Source of the DNA: Patescibacteria group bacterium
GTDB taxonomy: Bacteria; Patescibacteriota; Patescibacteriia; XYB2-FULL-38-15
DNA: 64,000 nt
Direction: 5' to 3'
NCBI GenBank assembly: GCA_041650995.1
Contig: JBAZJZ010000001.1
Location: 299,302 to 363,301, forward strand
The notes under the pieces: model-generated
Databases searched by the model: none
Seen by the model: only the letters and a program-made list of their open reading frames with translations
Told to the model about the DNA's origin: nothing
Translations under genes and position numbers: made by a program
Shown here: positions 39,852-48,781 of the stretch, piece by piece
How the letters are laid out: every line of letters begins with the position of its first letter
Numbering within the stretch: the first letter of the stretch is position 1

Positions 39852-39880
39852 AACTAACATGATTTTAAAAAATTGTCAAG
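39852..39880 (-). promoter_or_regulatory. conserved 29-bp promoter-like motif (minus sense cTTGACAattttttaaaatcatgtTAGTTt); second copy at 47433-47462
   Basis: Near-identical sequence upstream of two unrelated GC-rich small membrane protein genes; contains TTGACA-17-TAnGTT. Confidence 0.5.
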
Positions 39881-39928
39881 AATTTTAAGCTTGTCTTAAA
39901 TCACAATCTTCTATAAACTTTAAATATC

Positions 39929-40693
39929 ATGAATCATAAAAAACCTGAGTCCGACGATCCGTTGGCCGAAAAAAAATATTCGCCGGTTCGAGGGATTGTC
40001 CATAAATATCCTGACCGCGTGATTTTTTGTCCAACCTTCGCTTGTCCCTCGCGTTGTTCTTTTTGTTTTAGAAAAAATCTTGTTGATGGCAAAAACGGAC
40101 GGCTTTCCGAAAAAGAAATGGCCGCGGCAATTGATTATATTAAAAAAGATAAAAAAATACGCGAGGTAATTTTGTCCGGCGGCGACCCCTTATTTTTGAA
40201 TGATAAAACTTTGTCGGATATTTTAAAAAAACTTCACGCCATTCCGCATGTTCGGCTGCTGCGAATTCACACCCGGATCCCAGTTACTCTACCCTCACGT
40301 GTCACAAAAAAATTAGCGGCCATTTTAAAAAAATCAAAACCGCTTTGGGTTGTTGTTCACATAAATCACCCGAAAGAAATTACGCCGAAATTTAGGGAAG
40401 CCGCCGCCAAATTCAAAGTAGTCGGCATTCCCCTTCTCTCTCAATCGGTTTTACTTCGCGACGTAAACGACAACGCCGAAACTTTAAAAAAATTATTTTA
40501 CGGACTCGTGAAACTCGGTATCAAACCTTATTATCTGCACCAATGTGATCCGGCACGAGGCACAAAAAAATATTGGGTTTCAATAAAAAAAGGTAAAAAA
40601 ATAATGCGCCAATTGCGCAAAGAAATTTCCGGAATTTGTCTTCCGACTTATGTCCAAGACTCGCCTCATTGCGGCAAAACGCCACTATACTAA
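39929..40693 (+). CDS. KamA-family radical SAM protein (lysine 2,3-aminomutase-like, short form)
   Basis: YPDRVIFCPTFACPSRCSFCFR (CxxxCxxC) and GGDPL motifs. Confidence 0.65.
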   Translation: MNHKKPESDDPLAEKKYSPVRGIVHKYPDRVIFCPTFACPSRCSFCFRKNLVDGKNGRLSEKEMAAAIDYIKKDKKIREVILSGGDPLFLNDKTLSDILKKLHAIPHVRLLRIHTRIPVTLPSRVTKKLAAILKKSKPLWVVVHINHPKEITPKFREAAAKFKVVGIPLLSQSVLLRDVNDNAETLKKLFYGLVKLGIKPYYLHQCDPARGTKKYWVSIKKGKKIMRQLRKEISGICLPTYVQDSPHCGKTPLY

Positions 40694-42061
40694 TTTTTTC
40701 AACAACAATTCTCCAACTCGCCAAACGTCTCCCGCGCCCATTGTGATTACCACATCTCCACTTTTCACTTCTTTCGCCAAAAACTCCGCCGCTTCAGAAA
40801 TAGTCGAAATATAGAGAGCATCCTTGCCCTCTTTTTTTATTAATTCAACGAGCTCGCCGGAACTTACTCCGCCGGCGACTTCGCGCGCCGAACCATAAAT
40901 ATCAATCACAATTGTTTTATCAACCGCGCCAAATGATTTTGCAAAATCAGAAAGCAACGCTTTAGTTCTTGTAAAAGTGTGCGGATGGAAAACGCACCAA
41001 ATTCGCCGGCCAGGATATTTTTGCCGCGCCGCTTCAAGCGTTACTTTAATTTCTGTTGGATGATGACCGTAATCGTCAATCACTAAAACGCCGCCCGCCT
41101 CTGCTTTTATTTCAAACCGCCGAACCGCGCCTGAAAATTTTTCTAATGCCTCGCGAATTTTTTCTAAATCAAAACCCAACTCTCTCGCCGTGGCGATTAC
41201 CGCCAAAGCGTTTGCCACATTATGATTACCGAATAACTGAATTTTAAAAATCCCATGCGATTCGCCATATTCCAAAACTTCAAATTCCATTCCGCAGACG
41301 CGCGCTAAAATATTCTCTGCTCGCCAGTCGCCAGCTGTCAATCCATAGGAAATTATTTTACACTTTGCCGACTTAGAAATTTCTAAAACACTTTTATCAT
41401 CCCCGCACGCTACCAAAAATCCGTCTACTGGAATTTTTTCCACAAACTTTCTGAAAGCATCATTATATTCTTCTGGAGTTTTGAAAAAATCCGGATGATC
41501 ATATTCCGCGCTCGTCAAAATTATTGCCCGCGGATCAAAATACAAAAATTTATTTTGATATTCATCAGCTTCAATAACAACATACTTTCCTCCGCCAGCC
41601 CGGGCGTTTCCTCCGAGTTGCGGCACCGCCGAACCAACAATCACCGTTGGATCCGCGCCCAATTCCCGCAAAACAAATCCGAGCATTGCCGTGGTTGTCG
41701 TTTTTCCGTGCGTGCCAGAAATCGCGATCCCAAAACCTTCTTTCAAAATTTGTCCGAGCGCCTCCGGATAACTTAAAATCGCAACTCCACTTTTCCGCGC
41801 CGCGGCCAATTCCGGATTTTCTTCAGTATAAGCCGTGGAATAAATTACTAAATCCGGTTTTTCCGCCGCTAAATTTTTTGCATCAAATCCTTCATAAAAT
41901 TTTATTCCATTTTTCGCCAAAACTTCGTCAGTAAAAAACTTCTCATGCGTATCGGAACCAGTAACTTCCGCTCCGCGCAATTTAAAAACTTGGGCAATCG
42001 CGGTCATGCCTACGCCCTTTATGCCGATGAAATAAATTTTCTTGGAATCTTTTAAATTCAT
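40685..42061 (-). CDS. murC: UDP-N-acetylmuramate--L-alanine ligase
   Basis: IYFIGIKGVGMTAIAQ, GTHGKTTTT P-loop, Mur ligase C-domain. Confidence 0.9.
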   Translation of the reverse strand: MNLKDSKKIYFIGIKGVGMTAIAQVFKLRGAEVTGSDTHEKFFTDEVLAKNGIKFYEGFDAKNLAAEKPDLVIYSTAYTEENPELAAARKSGVAILSYPEALGQILKEGFGIAISGTHGKTTTTAMLGFVLRELGADPTVIVGSAVPQLGGNARAGGGKYVVIEADEYQNKFLYFDPRAIILTSAEYDHPDFFKTPEEYNDAFRKFVEKIPVDGFLVACGDDKSVLEISKSAKCKIISYGLTAGDWRAENILARVCGMEFEVLEYGESHGIFKIQLFGNHNVANALAVIATARELGFDLEKIREALEKFSGAVRRFEIKAEAGGVLVIDDYGHHPTEIKVTLEAARQKYPGRRIWCVFHPHTFTRTKALLSDFAKSFGAVDKTIVIDIYGSAREVAGGVSSGELVELIKKEGKDALYISTISEAAEFLAKEVKSGDVVITMGAGDVWRVGELLLKKLV

Positions 42062-42071
42062 CTCTCACAGA

Positions 42072-42160
42072 CTGTCATTCTCGCCCCGCATCAAGTGCGG
42101 GGTAAACTCCAGCGGGAATCCAGGAATAGGAACTGGATCCCCGATCAGGTCGGGGATGAC
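42072..42160. mobile_element. MITE-like palindromic element with TGTCAT termini (89 bp)
   Basis: tgtcattctcgccccg...cggggatgaca; internal hairpins; shares gcgggaatccag with the inverted repeats of the GIY-YIG element. Confidence 0.5.
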
Positions 42161-42185
42161 AATATTATTTTGATTTTTCATCCTA

Positions 42186-42917
42186 TCACTTTTTCGCGAT
42201 TGTGACAATATTCTTCCCGTTCCAAAAATGCGCTTTTTTATCATCAATTGAATAAAAATTTTCTAAAATTTCAAAGCCTGATTCTTTGACGAGACGTTTC
42301 AATTCCCGTAAAGTAAAAGCGTGAACATAGCGTTCGGCCATAACCTTACCGGTTTCAGAACTCTTCCAAGGAACCGAGGCATCGCCAAAATCCAAATCGC
42401 TCCGGCCTAATAATTTTAAAATAATATTTTTCGTGACAAGCATCAGGTATTTTTTTCGGAATAGTGCCCAGTTGGTCATAATTAAAAAGCCGTTTGGCGC
42501 AAGAACCCGGCCGACATTTTCCAAAACTTTCTTGCGCAAATCCCGGGATGGTATGTGGTGCAAAGTGGCAATCAAAAAAACCACGTTATATTTTTCACCT
42601 TTCCACCAATCCAAATTTATCGCGTCGCCCAATAAAAATTTCCGAGATGCGTTTTCACCCCATCTTTTTTTAGCAAGATCCAAAAGTTCTGACGAATTAT
42701 CAACGCCGGTATAATCGATTGACTTATCTTTTAGAACCTCGTACAATCTTCCATTGCCGCAACCCAAATCAAGCACACGATCGCCCGACCCTAAACTTTC
42801 GGCAAAATCACGCATCTCATCCCAAAATTTTTGTCTTTTTGCCGAAAACTGAGGCGCGATAATCGCGTAATCAGTCTTAACTTTATTTAATATTTTTCCC
42901 GCGACTTCTTTTTTCAT
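42186..42917 (-). CDS. class I SAM-dependent methyltransferase
   Basis: VLDLGCGNGR motif I. Confidence 0.7.
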   Translation of the reverse strand: MKKEVAGKILNKVKTDYAIIAPQFSAKRQKFWDEMRDFAESLGSGDRVLDLGCGNGRLYEVLKDKSIDYTGVDNSSELLDLAKKRWGENASRKFLLGDAINLDWWKGEKYNVVFLIATLHHIPSRDLRKKVLENVGRVLAPNGFLIMTNWALFRKKYLMLVTKNIILKLLGRSDLDFGDASVPWKSSETGKVMAERYVHAFTLRELKRLVKESGFEILENFYSIDDKKAHFWNGKNIVTIAKK

Positions 42918-42991
42918 TTTAATTATTGCCTGAGCTTGTCGAAGGCCCTTCGACTCACTTCGTTCGTTCAGGGAATAAAATATAAAGTCAG

Positions 42992-44560
42992 ATGAACACC
43001 ATCGAAACCATCACTAAAAAAATTATCAAATCACGGCCAGAAAGCCGTGCCGACTTGGCGCAGATTAAACGCCAGACCGCGGGTAAATTTAAATTACCGC
43101 CGCCTCTCTCCGCTGATATTTTTAAAATTTATAAAAAACTTTTGCGGCAGAAAAAAATTAAACGCGACGAACGGCTGGAATTGCTTTTGAAAAAACGCGA
43201 AGTGCGGACAATTTCCGGCGTCGCGCCCATTGCCGTTTTAACAAAATTCTATCCTTGTCCTGGAAAATGCGCATATTGCCCAACAGAAAAAAACATGCCA
43301 AAATCTTATCTTTCCAACGAACCGGCTGTAATGCGCGCCATCACTTTTAATTTTGATCCCCAAAAACAAGTTGCCGGGAGAATTAAGGTTTTGGAAATGA
43401 ACGGACACCCCACCGACAAACTGGAATTGATTGTTATCGGCGGAACCTGGTCTGCTCTGCCCGACCGCTACCAAAAATGGTTTATCCAAAAATGTTTTGA
43501 CGGGGCGAACGGCAGAAAATCTTCTTCACTTGCCTCGGCGCAAAAAATAAACGAAACTGCCAAACACAGAATTATCGGCATTACTCTTGAAACCCGCCCT
43601 GATTATATTACACCCGTTGAAATAAAGCGAATGCGCGAACTTGGAGCCACAAGAGTTGAACTCGGCGTCCAAAGCATTTACAATTCTATCTTACAGCGAA
43701 ACCGCCGCGGGCACAATGTCGCCGAAACTATCCGCGCCACGAAATTGCTAAAAGACGCTGGCTTTAAAATTTGTTATCACATGATGCCCAATCTTCCAGG
43801 TTCCACACTAGCTAAAGATTTTAAAATGTTCCGCGAAATTTTTACGAATCCAGATTTCCAGTCGGATATGCTTAAAATTTATCCCTGCGTTGTGACGCGC
43901 GATTCAGAAATTTATAAATGGTGGAAACAGGGGAAATATAAACCATACACAGAAAAACAACTCGTGGAGCTGCTCATTAATATTAAAAAATTTCTCCCGC
44001 CTTACGTCCGCGTGAATCGTTTAATCCGCGACATCCCGAGCCCAAGCATTGCCGCGGGAAATAAAGTTTCTAATCTGCGCGAAGTTGTTACCGCGGAAAT
44101 GGCGCAACGCGGGCTACGATGCAAATGCATCCGCTGCCGGGAAGTCGGCCACCAAAAAAATCTCAAACACTCTGCTCCTAAACTATCCGTAAAAAAATAT
44201 CTGGCATCAGACGGCACGGAATATTTTATAAGTTTTGATTCGCCAGATAAAAAAATACTCTACGCTTTTGTCAGATTACGAATTCCTAACTTAAAAACCG
44301 ATCCCATTTTACCAGAGTTAAAAAATGCAGCGCTTATCCGTGAATTGCACACTTACGGTCATCTTGTTCCAATTGATAAAAAATCTCCCGGCGCGACACA
44401 GCATCTTGGACTGGGAAAAAAATTAATGGCCGAAGCGGAAAAAATCGCGCGAAAATCAGGCGTAAAAAAAATGGCCGTCATCTCCGGCGTCGGCGTCCGT
44501 GAATACTACAAAAAAATTGGATATCAAAAAGACGGAACTTACGTGACAAAAAATTTATAA
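42992..44560 (+). CDS. Elp3-like radical SAM/GNAT protein (tRNA wobble uridine modification family)
   Basis: Radical SAM CPGKCAYCP cluster and C-terminal acetyltransferase fold. Confidence 0.8.
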   Translation: MNTIETITKKIIKSRPESRADLAQIKRQTAGKFKLPPPLSADIFKIYKKLLRQKKIKRDERLELLLKKREVRTISGVAPIAVLTKFYPCPGKCAYCPTEKNMPKSYLSNEPAVMRAITFNFDPQKQVAGRIKVLEMNGHPTDKLELIVIGGTWSALPDRYQKWFIQKCFDGANGRKSSSLASAQKINETAKHRIIGITLETRPDYITPVEIKRMRELGATRVELGVQSIYNSILQRNRRGHNVAETIRATKLLKDAGFKICYHMMPNLPGSTLAKDFKMFREIFTNPDFQSDMLKIYPCVVTRDSEIYKWWKQGKYKPYTEKQLVELLINIKKFLPPYVRVNRLIRDIPSPSIAAGNKVSNLREVVTAEMAQRGLRCKCIRCREVGHQKNLKHSAPKLSVKKYLASDGTEYFISFDSPDKKILYAFVRLRIPNLKTDPILPELKNAALIRELHTYGHLVPIDKKSPGATQHLGLGKKLMAEAEKIARKSGVKKMAVISGVGVREYYKKIGYQKDGTYVTKNL

Positions 44561-44625
44561 AGAAAGCCCGCCTAACCGGTGGGTTTTTGAAATAAAAAAC
44601 TCCCGGGAATTTCACTTCACGGGAG

Positions 44626-44979
44626 TCACTCATTACGGCAAGAAAGAAAACCGTTGTCTTCCGCCGTTTCGAGAAAATCCAACATTTCCTCGCAGACCGA
44701 GCCGCAATACGGATCGCTCCGCCCCCTTTCAATGTAGGCGCCGAACTCCTCGCGTAAGCGCTGTAAATCCTGAAGGGCGTTACGTATAATTGCTCTTCTC
44801 TTTTCAGAGGACAACCCGATGCCCTGACAAGAGGCCGCCTCCATGCGCGCTATCGAAATATGCAGATGCAGCGCTAGAACCGCGTCGGCGCTCGGTCGAA
44901 CCACCTCGGTTTTGGCAGTGCAACCAACGAACGCAGCCAAGAGAATCGCGTAAATTTTCTTCATCGCCCCTCCTCTCAT
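44626..44979 (-). CDS. GC-rich small lipoprotein (117 aa), paralogue of the next gene
   Basis: Lipobox FVGC; shares the C-terminal DPYCGSVCEEMLDFLETAEDNGF..CR motif with the 136-aa neighbour. Confidence 0.45.
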   Translation of the reverse strand: MRGGAMKKIYAILLAAFVGCTAKTEVVRPSADAVLALHLHISIARMEAASCQGIGLSSEKRRAIIRNALQDLQRLREEFGAYIERGRSDPYCGSVCEEMLDFLETAEDNGFLSCRNE

Positions 44980-45386
44980 GGCCGGCAGAAAAAACCGTTC
45001 TGCCTTGCCTCTTCCAGGAACTTAGTTATCTCGAGGCAGACTGGACCGCAGTAACAGTCAGTCCGTCCCGCCGCGTGGTAAACGTCGAACTCCGCACCGA
45101 GACGACTCACGTCGCGCTCGGCAGCATTTCTCACGGCTTGTCTTGCACCAACTTCCGACATCGCTGCCTCGCAGATTCCGACTTCTGTCCGCCAAGCAGC
45201 CAGCTGGTAGTACTGTCCGGCAGTTCCGCCAAGTGTTGGTTCGCAGGTAACTACCTCGACTGTAACCGGATCAGTTGGCTCTGACAAACTTCCGCCACAA
45301 CCGAAAACGAGAAACAGGAGCCCCAGAATGGCGCCGATTCCTCCGCCATAGTAACGCCGTTGTAGCGTGTATCCACTCTGTTCCAT
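44976..45386 (-). CDS. GC-rich small lipoprotein (136 aa), paralogue
   Basis: Lipobox VFGC; DCYCGPVCLEITKFLEEARQNGFFCR. Confidence 0.45.
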   Translation of the reverse strand: MEQSGYTLQRRYYGGGIGAILGLLFLVFGCGGSLSEPTDPVTVEVVTCEPTLGGTAGQYYQLAAWRTEVGICEAAMSEVGARQAVRNAAERDVSRLGAEFDVYHAAGRTDCYCGPVCLEITKFLEEARQNGFFCRP

Positions 45387-45488
45387 CCCTCAACCCTCCT
45401 TCTATCGCTCGTTTCAGGCGAATATAAAATTTTCTAACTTTTTTTGCTTTTTGTCAAGGAGAGATGTAAAATAAAAACACCCATCCTT

Positions 45489-45899
45489 GTCATTCCCGCG
45501 AAAGCGGGAATCCAGTTTTATGAAAAATTATTATGTTTATATAATGACAAACCGACGAAATGGTACGCTATACATTGGAGTAACAAATGATTTAACCCGC
45601 AGAGTTTACGAACACAAACATAATTTAGCAGATGGATTTACTAAAAAGTATAACATACACCTATTGGTGTATTACGAGGGAACGCCCAATGTTGTAAGCT
45701 CTATTCAAAGAGAAAAACAACTCAAGAAATGGAATAGAAAATGGAAACTTGCACTAATTGAAAAAATTAATCCCGAATGGGAAGATTTATATAATAAAAT
45801 AATTCAATGACTACACTCTTTGTCATCCTCAATTTAAAGCCACAAGTGGCCTTGACCCGGAGATCCAGCGATCTGGATTCCCGCTTTCGCGGGAATGAC
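45489..45899. mobile_element. small element with perfect 27-bp terminal inverted repeats carrying a GIY-YIG nuclease gene
   Basis: gtcattcccgcgaaagcgggaatccag (45489-45515) and its exact reverse complement ctggattcccgctttcgcgggaatgac (45873-45899). Confidence 0.65.
45520..45810 (+). CDS. GIY-YIG domain nuclease (UPF0213/URI-like)
   Basis: YYVYIMTNRRNGTLYIGVTNDLTRRVYEH GIY-YIG core. The track ORF start at 45487 would translate the inverted repeat, so the start is more likely the Met at 45520. Confidence 0.7.
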   Translation: MKNYYVYIMTNRRNGTLYIGVTNDLTRRVYEHKHNLADGFTKKYNIHLLVYYEGTPNVVSSIQREKQLKKWNRKWKLALIEKINPEWEDLYNKIIQ

Positions 45900-45913
45900 A
45901 TTGTGGGTCGGGC

Positions 45914-47209
45914 ATGACAAATACAACTATGTCTTTTTTATCAAAATTCGATCCCGAAATCGCAAACGCGATTGAAAATGAAATTAACCGCCAGCGGTCT
46001 GGTCTCGAAATGATCGCTTCGGAAAATATCGTTTCCCGCGCAGTTTTGGAAGCCATGGGCACGCCACTCACCAATAAATATTCCGAGGGTTATCCTGGCA
46101 AACGTTATTATGGTGGAAATCAGTTTATTGACGTCTCGGAAAATCTGGCCATTGACCGCGCAAAAAAAATCTTTAACGCCGAGCATGCCAATGTCCAGCC
46201 GCACTCCGGCAGCCAGGCCAACGCCGCGGCTTATTTGGCGCTTTTGAATCCTGGCGACAAAATTTTAGCCATGAACTTGGCGCACGGCGGACATCTTTCG
46301 CACGGCTCGCCTGTAAATTTTTCTGGAAAATTTTATAATGTTGTTTTTTACGGGGTGGACAAAGATACCGGCCGAATTGATATGGATGAAGTCAAAGAAA
46401 TCGCGCTTCGGGAAAAACCGCGCCTGATTTTGACTGGAGCTTCGGCTTATCCTCGCGAGATTGATTTTGCCGCTTTTCAAAAAATTGCTGATGAAGTTGG
46501 AGCGTATTTAATGGCTGACATTGCTCATATCGCCGGACTCGTTGCCGCGAAAATTCATCCTAATCCAATTCCCGTTTGCGACGTTGTGACGACCACGACT
46601 CACAAAACTTTACGCGGTCCGCGCGGCGCTTTAATTTTATCAAAAATTGCCGACCGCCTGCGCCCGGAAGATAAAAAAAATCTGGCGCAAAAAATTGACT
46701 CGGCCGTTTTCCCGGGAATGCAAGGCGGTCCGCTTGAACATATAATCGCCGCCAAAGCCGTGGCCTTTCTCGAAGCGCTCCAGCCGGATTTCATTGAATA
46801 CCAAAAACAAATTGTAAAAAATGCCAAAGTTCTGGCGGAGACATTGCTTGGCGGCGGATTAAAATTAGTTTCCGGCGGCACGGATAATCATCTGATTTTG
46901 ATTGACCTCTCCGAGACCGGCCTCGGAGGAAAACAAGTTGAAGACGCGCTGGGCGAAGTGGAAATTTATGTCAACAAAAACATGATTCCTTTTGACACTA
47001 GAAAACCGACCGATCCTTCCGGCATTCGTCTTGGCACCCCAGCCTTGACTACTCGCGGCATGAAAGAAGATGAAATGAAAAAAGTTGGCGAAATGATTGT
47101 AAAAATTATAAAAAATATTTCCGATGAAAATGTAAAAAAAGAAGTCCGCGAAAGTGTTCACGGACTTGTGACGAAGTTCCCGATCTATCCGGGGCTGACT
47201 GTTTTGTAG
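45914..47209 (+). CDS. glyA: serine hydroxymethyltransferase
   Basis: [30 protein letters not shown]-lysine region. The true start may be the Met at 45929. Confidence 0.9.
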   Translation: MTNTTMSFLSKFDPEIANAIENEINRQRSGLEMIASENIVSRAVLEAMGTPLTNKYSEGYPGKRYYGGNQFIDVSENLAIDRAKKIFNAEHANVQPHSGSQANAAAYLALLNPGDKILAMNLAHGGHLSHGSPVNFSGKFYNVVFYGVDKDTGRIDMDEVKEIALREKPRLILTGASAYPREIDFAAFQKIADEVGAYLMADIAHIAGLVAAKIHPNPIPVCDVVTTTTHKTLRGPRGALILSKIADRLRPEDKKNLAQKIDSAVFPGMQGGPLEHIIAAKAVAFLEALQPDFIEYQKQIVKNAKVLAETLLGGGLKLVSGGTDNHLILIDLSETGLGGKQVEDALGEVEIYVNKNMIPFDTRKPTDPSGIRLGTPALTTRGMKEDEMKKVGEMIVKIIKNISDENVKKEVRESVHGLVTKFPIYPGLTVL

Positions 47210-47222
47210 TAGAGGCGCCCGG

Positions 47223-47411
47223 CTACTTCATACGAGGCTTGGCCATGCTAGCGATCAAGAGTGAAACAATGATCAGCTCAACTGGCCGCACGTATTCCGT
47301 AATACCTACGGTGAAGTGCCGATAGATAATCCACCCGAATATCCCGATGTAGGGAATGAGGAAATCCGCCACTTGCCACACACGCCTAATCAGGCTTTTC
47401 TTCTCACCCAT
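47223..47411 (-). CDS. GC-rich small membrane protein (62 aa)
   Basis: ORF track; RBS aaggagg; preceded by the conserved promoter-like motif. Confidence 0.4.
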   Translation of the reverse strand: MGEKKSLIRRVWQVADFLIPYIGIFGWIIYRHFTVGITEYVRPVELIIVSLLIASMAKPRMK

Positions 47412-47432
47412 TTCTGTCCTCCTTTCCGAGAA

Positions 47433-47462
47433 AACTTAACATGATTTTAAAAAAATGTCAAG
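47433..47462 (-). promoter_or_regulatory. second copy of the conserved promoter-like motif (minus sense cTTGACAtttttttaaaatcatgtTAAGTt)
   Basis: See 39852-39880. Confidence 0.5.
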
Positions 47463-47465
47463 GAT

Positions 47466-48290
47466 ATGCCCGCTCAAATAATTGATGGCAAAAAAATCGC
47501 CGCGGAAATCCGCGTGGAAATAAAAAAAGAAATCGCTGAATCGGGAATTACACCCGGTTTGGCCGTGATTTTAGTTGGGGCTGATCCGGCCTCGCATTTG
47601 TATGTTGGCCTTAAAGAAAAAGCCGCCGCCGAAGCTGGCATTCATTTTGAAAAATATTTATTTTTCGCCACTGAGCCAGAAGAAAAAATTACTATGAAAA
47701 TTCAGGAACTAAACGCCCGGCCGGATATCCACGGAATCCTGGTTCAGCTTCCCCTGCCAGGCGGCTACGACGAAAGTAAAATCATCGCCGCGATTGATCC
47801 AAAAAAAGACGCCGATGGTTTTCATCCGGAAAATATTAAAAAACTTATTTCTGCCGCGCCGGAAATTATTCCACCAGTCGTCTCTGGAATTTTAAAATTG
47901 ATTGAATCAACCGGCGTGGAATTAAAAAATAAAAAAATCGCCATCTTGGCGAACAGCGAAATTCTAGCAAAACCGCTGGAAAAAATTCTAACAGGTAATG
48001 ATATCCAAACCATCATCGCCCCGGAAACATTGACCACAGAAATTGCCGACGCCGATATCATTATCTCGGCGCTTGGCCGAGCAAAAATTATAACTGCCGA
48101 CGCCATAAAACCCGGCGCGATTTTGGTTGATGTCGGAACAACTCGGCTGGATGACGGCACAACGGTCGGCGACGTTGACTTTGAATCAGTAGCCGCGAAG
48201 GCCAGCTGGATTACGCCCGTTCCCGGAGGCGTTGGACCAATGACCGTGGCAATGCTCTTGCAAAATGTCGTGAACATCGCAAAAAAATAA
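47466..48290 (+). CDS. folD: bifunctional methylenetetrahydrofolate dehydrogenase/cyclohydrolase
   Basis: IIDGKKIA...ILVQLPLP, GVGPMTVAML. Confidence 0.9.
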   Translation: MPAQIIDGKKIAAEIRVEIKKEIAESGITPGLAVILVGADPASHLYVGLKEKAAAEAGIHFEKYLFFATEPEEKITMKIQELNARPDIHGILVQLPLPGGYDESKIIAAIDPKKDADGFHPENIKKLISAAPEIIPPVVSGILKLIESTGVELKNKKIAILANSEILAKPLEKILTGNDIQTIIAPETLTTEIADADIIISALGRAKIITADAIKPGAILVDVGTTRLDDGTTVGDVDFESVAAKASWITPVPGGVGPMTVAMLLQNVVNIAKK

Positions 48291-48295
48291 TTCTA

Positions 48296-48325
48296 AAAAC
48301 ACGGCCCTCGAGACGTGTTTTTTAT
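48296..48325 (+). terminator. intrinsic terminator after folD
   Basis: acacggccctcgagacgtgt followed by tttttt. Confidence 0.6.
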
Positions 48326-48329
48326 TCTC

Positions 48330-48770
48330 TTAAATTTTGTATAGTAGCCAATTTTTCCCTTCCATTTTTACCAGCGCATAATCGCCTTTCAATTTCTCGC
48401 CATACATTTCAATTTTCATGGCCTTGGTATTTTTCTCTTTCAAAATAAATTTCCCCTTGTCCCAAATCAACACTTTTCCCGCGCCGTATTGGCCCTCGGG
48501 AATTACGCCCTCAAAATCAATATATTCAACCGGATGATCCTCAACTTGCACCGCCAACCGCTTTACTCCCGCGACCTCCGGCGGACCCTTTGGCACAGCC
48601 CAAGATTTTAAAACTCCATCCATTTCCAGACGAAAATCATAATGCAAGTGTCTCGCGTGGTGCTCTTGAACAACAAACCGACTTTGGCCGGTTTTTTTAA
48701 TTTCACCCCTTGGTTCAGAAGTAACGGAAAATTTTCTTTTTACCCGATAATTTTTTAAATCCGAAGCCAC
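48330..48770 (-). CDS. stand-alone DNA ligase D 3'-phosphoesterase (LigD-PE) domain protein
   Basis: [32 protein letters not shown]...[23 protein letters not shown]. Confidence 0.75.
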   Translation of the reverse strand: MASDLKNYRVKRKFSVTSEPRGEIKKTGQSRFVVQEHHARHLHYDFRLEMDGVLKSWAVPKGPPEVAGVKRLAVQVEDHPVEYIDFEGVIPEGQYGAGKVLIWDKGKFILKEKNTKAMKIEMYGEKLKGDYALVKMEGKNWLLYKI

Positions 48771-48781
48771 AAAATTTTTCT

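Noticed and set aside
45487-45519. N-terminal extension [11 protein letters not shown] of the GIY-YIG ORF and the 45914 start of glyA
   Set aside because: The GIY-YIG extension is encoded by the terminal inverted repeat itself. The internal Met at 45520, followed by the conserved YYVYIM core, is the more plausible start. The glyA start is ambiguous between 45914 and 45929.
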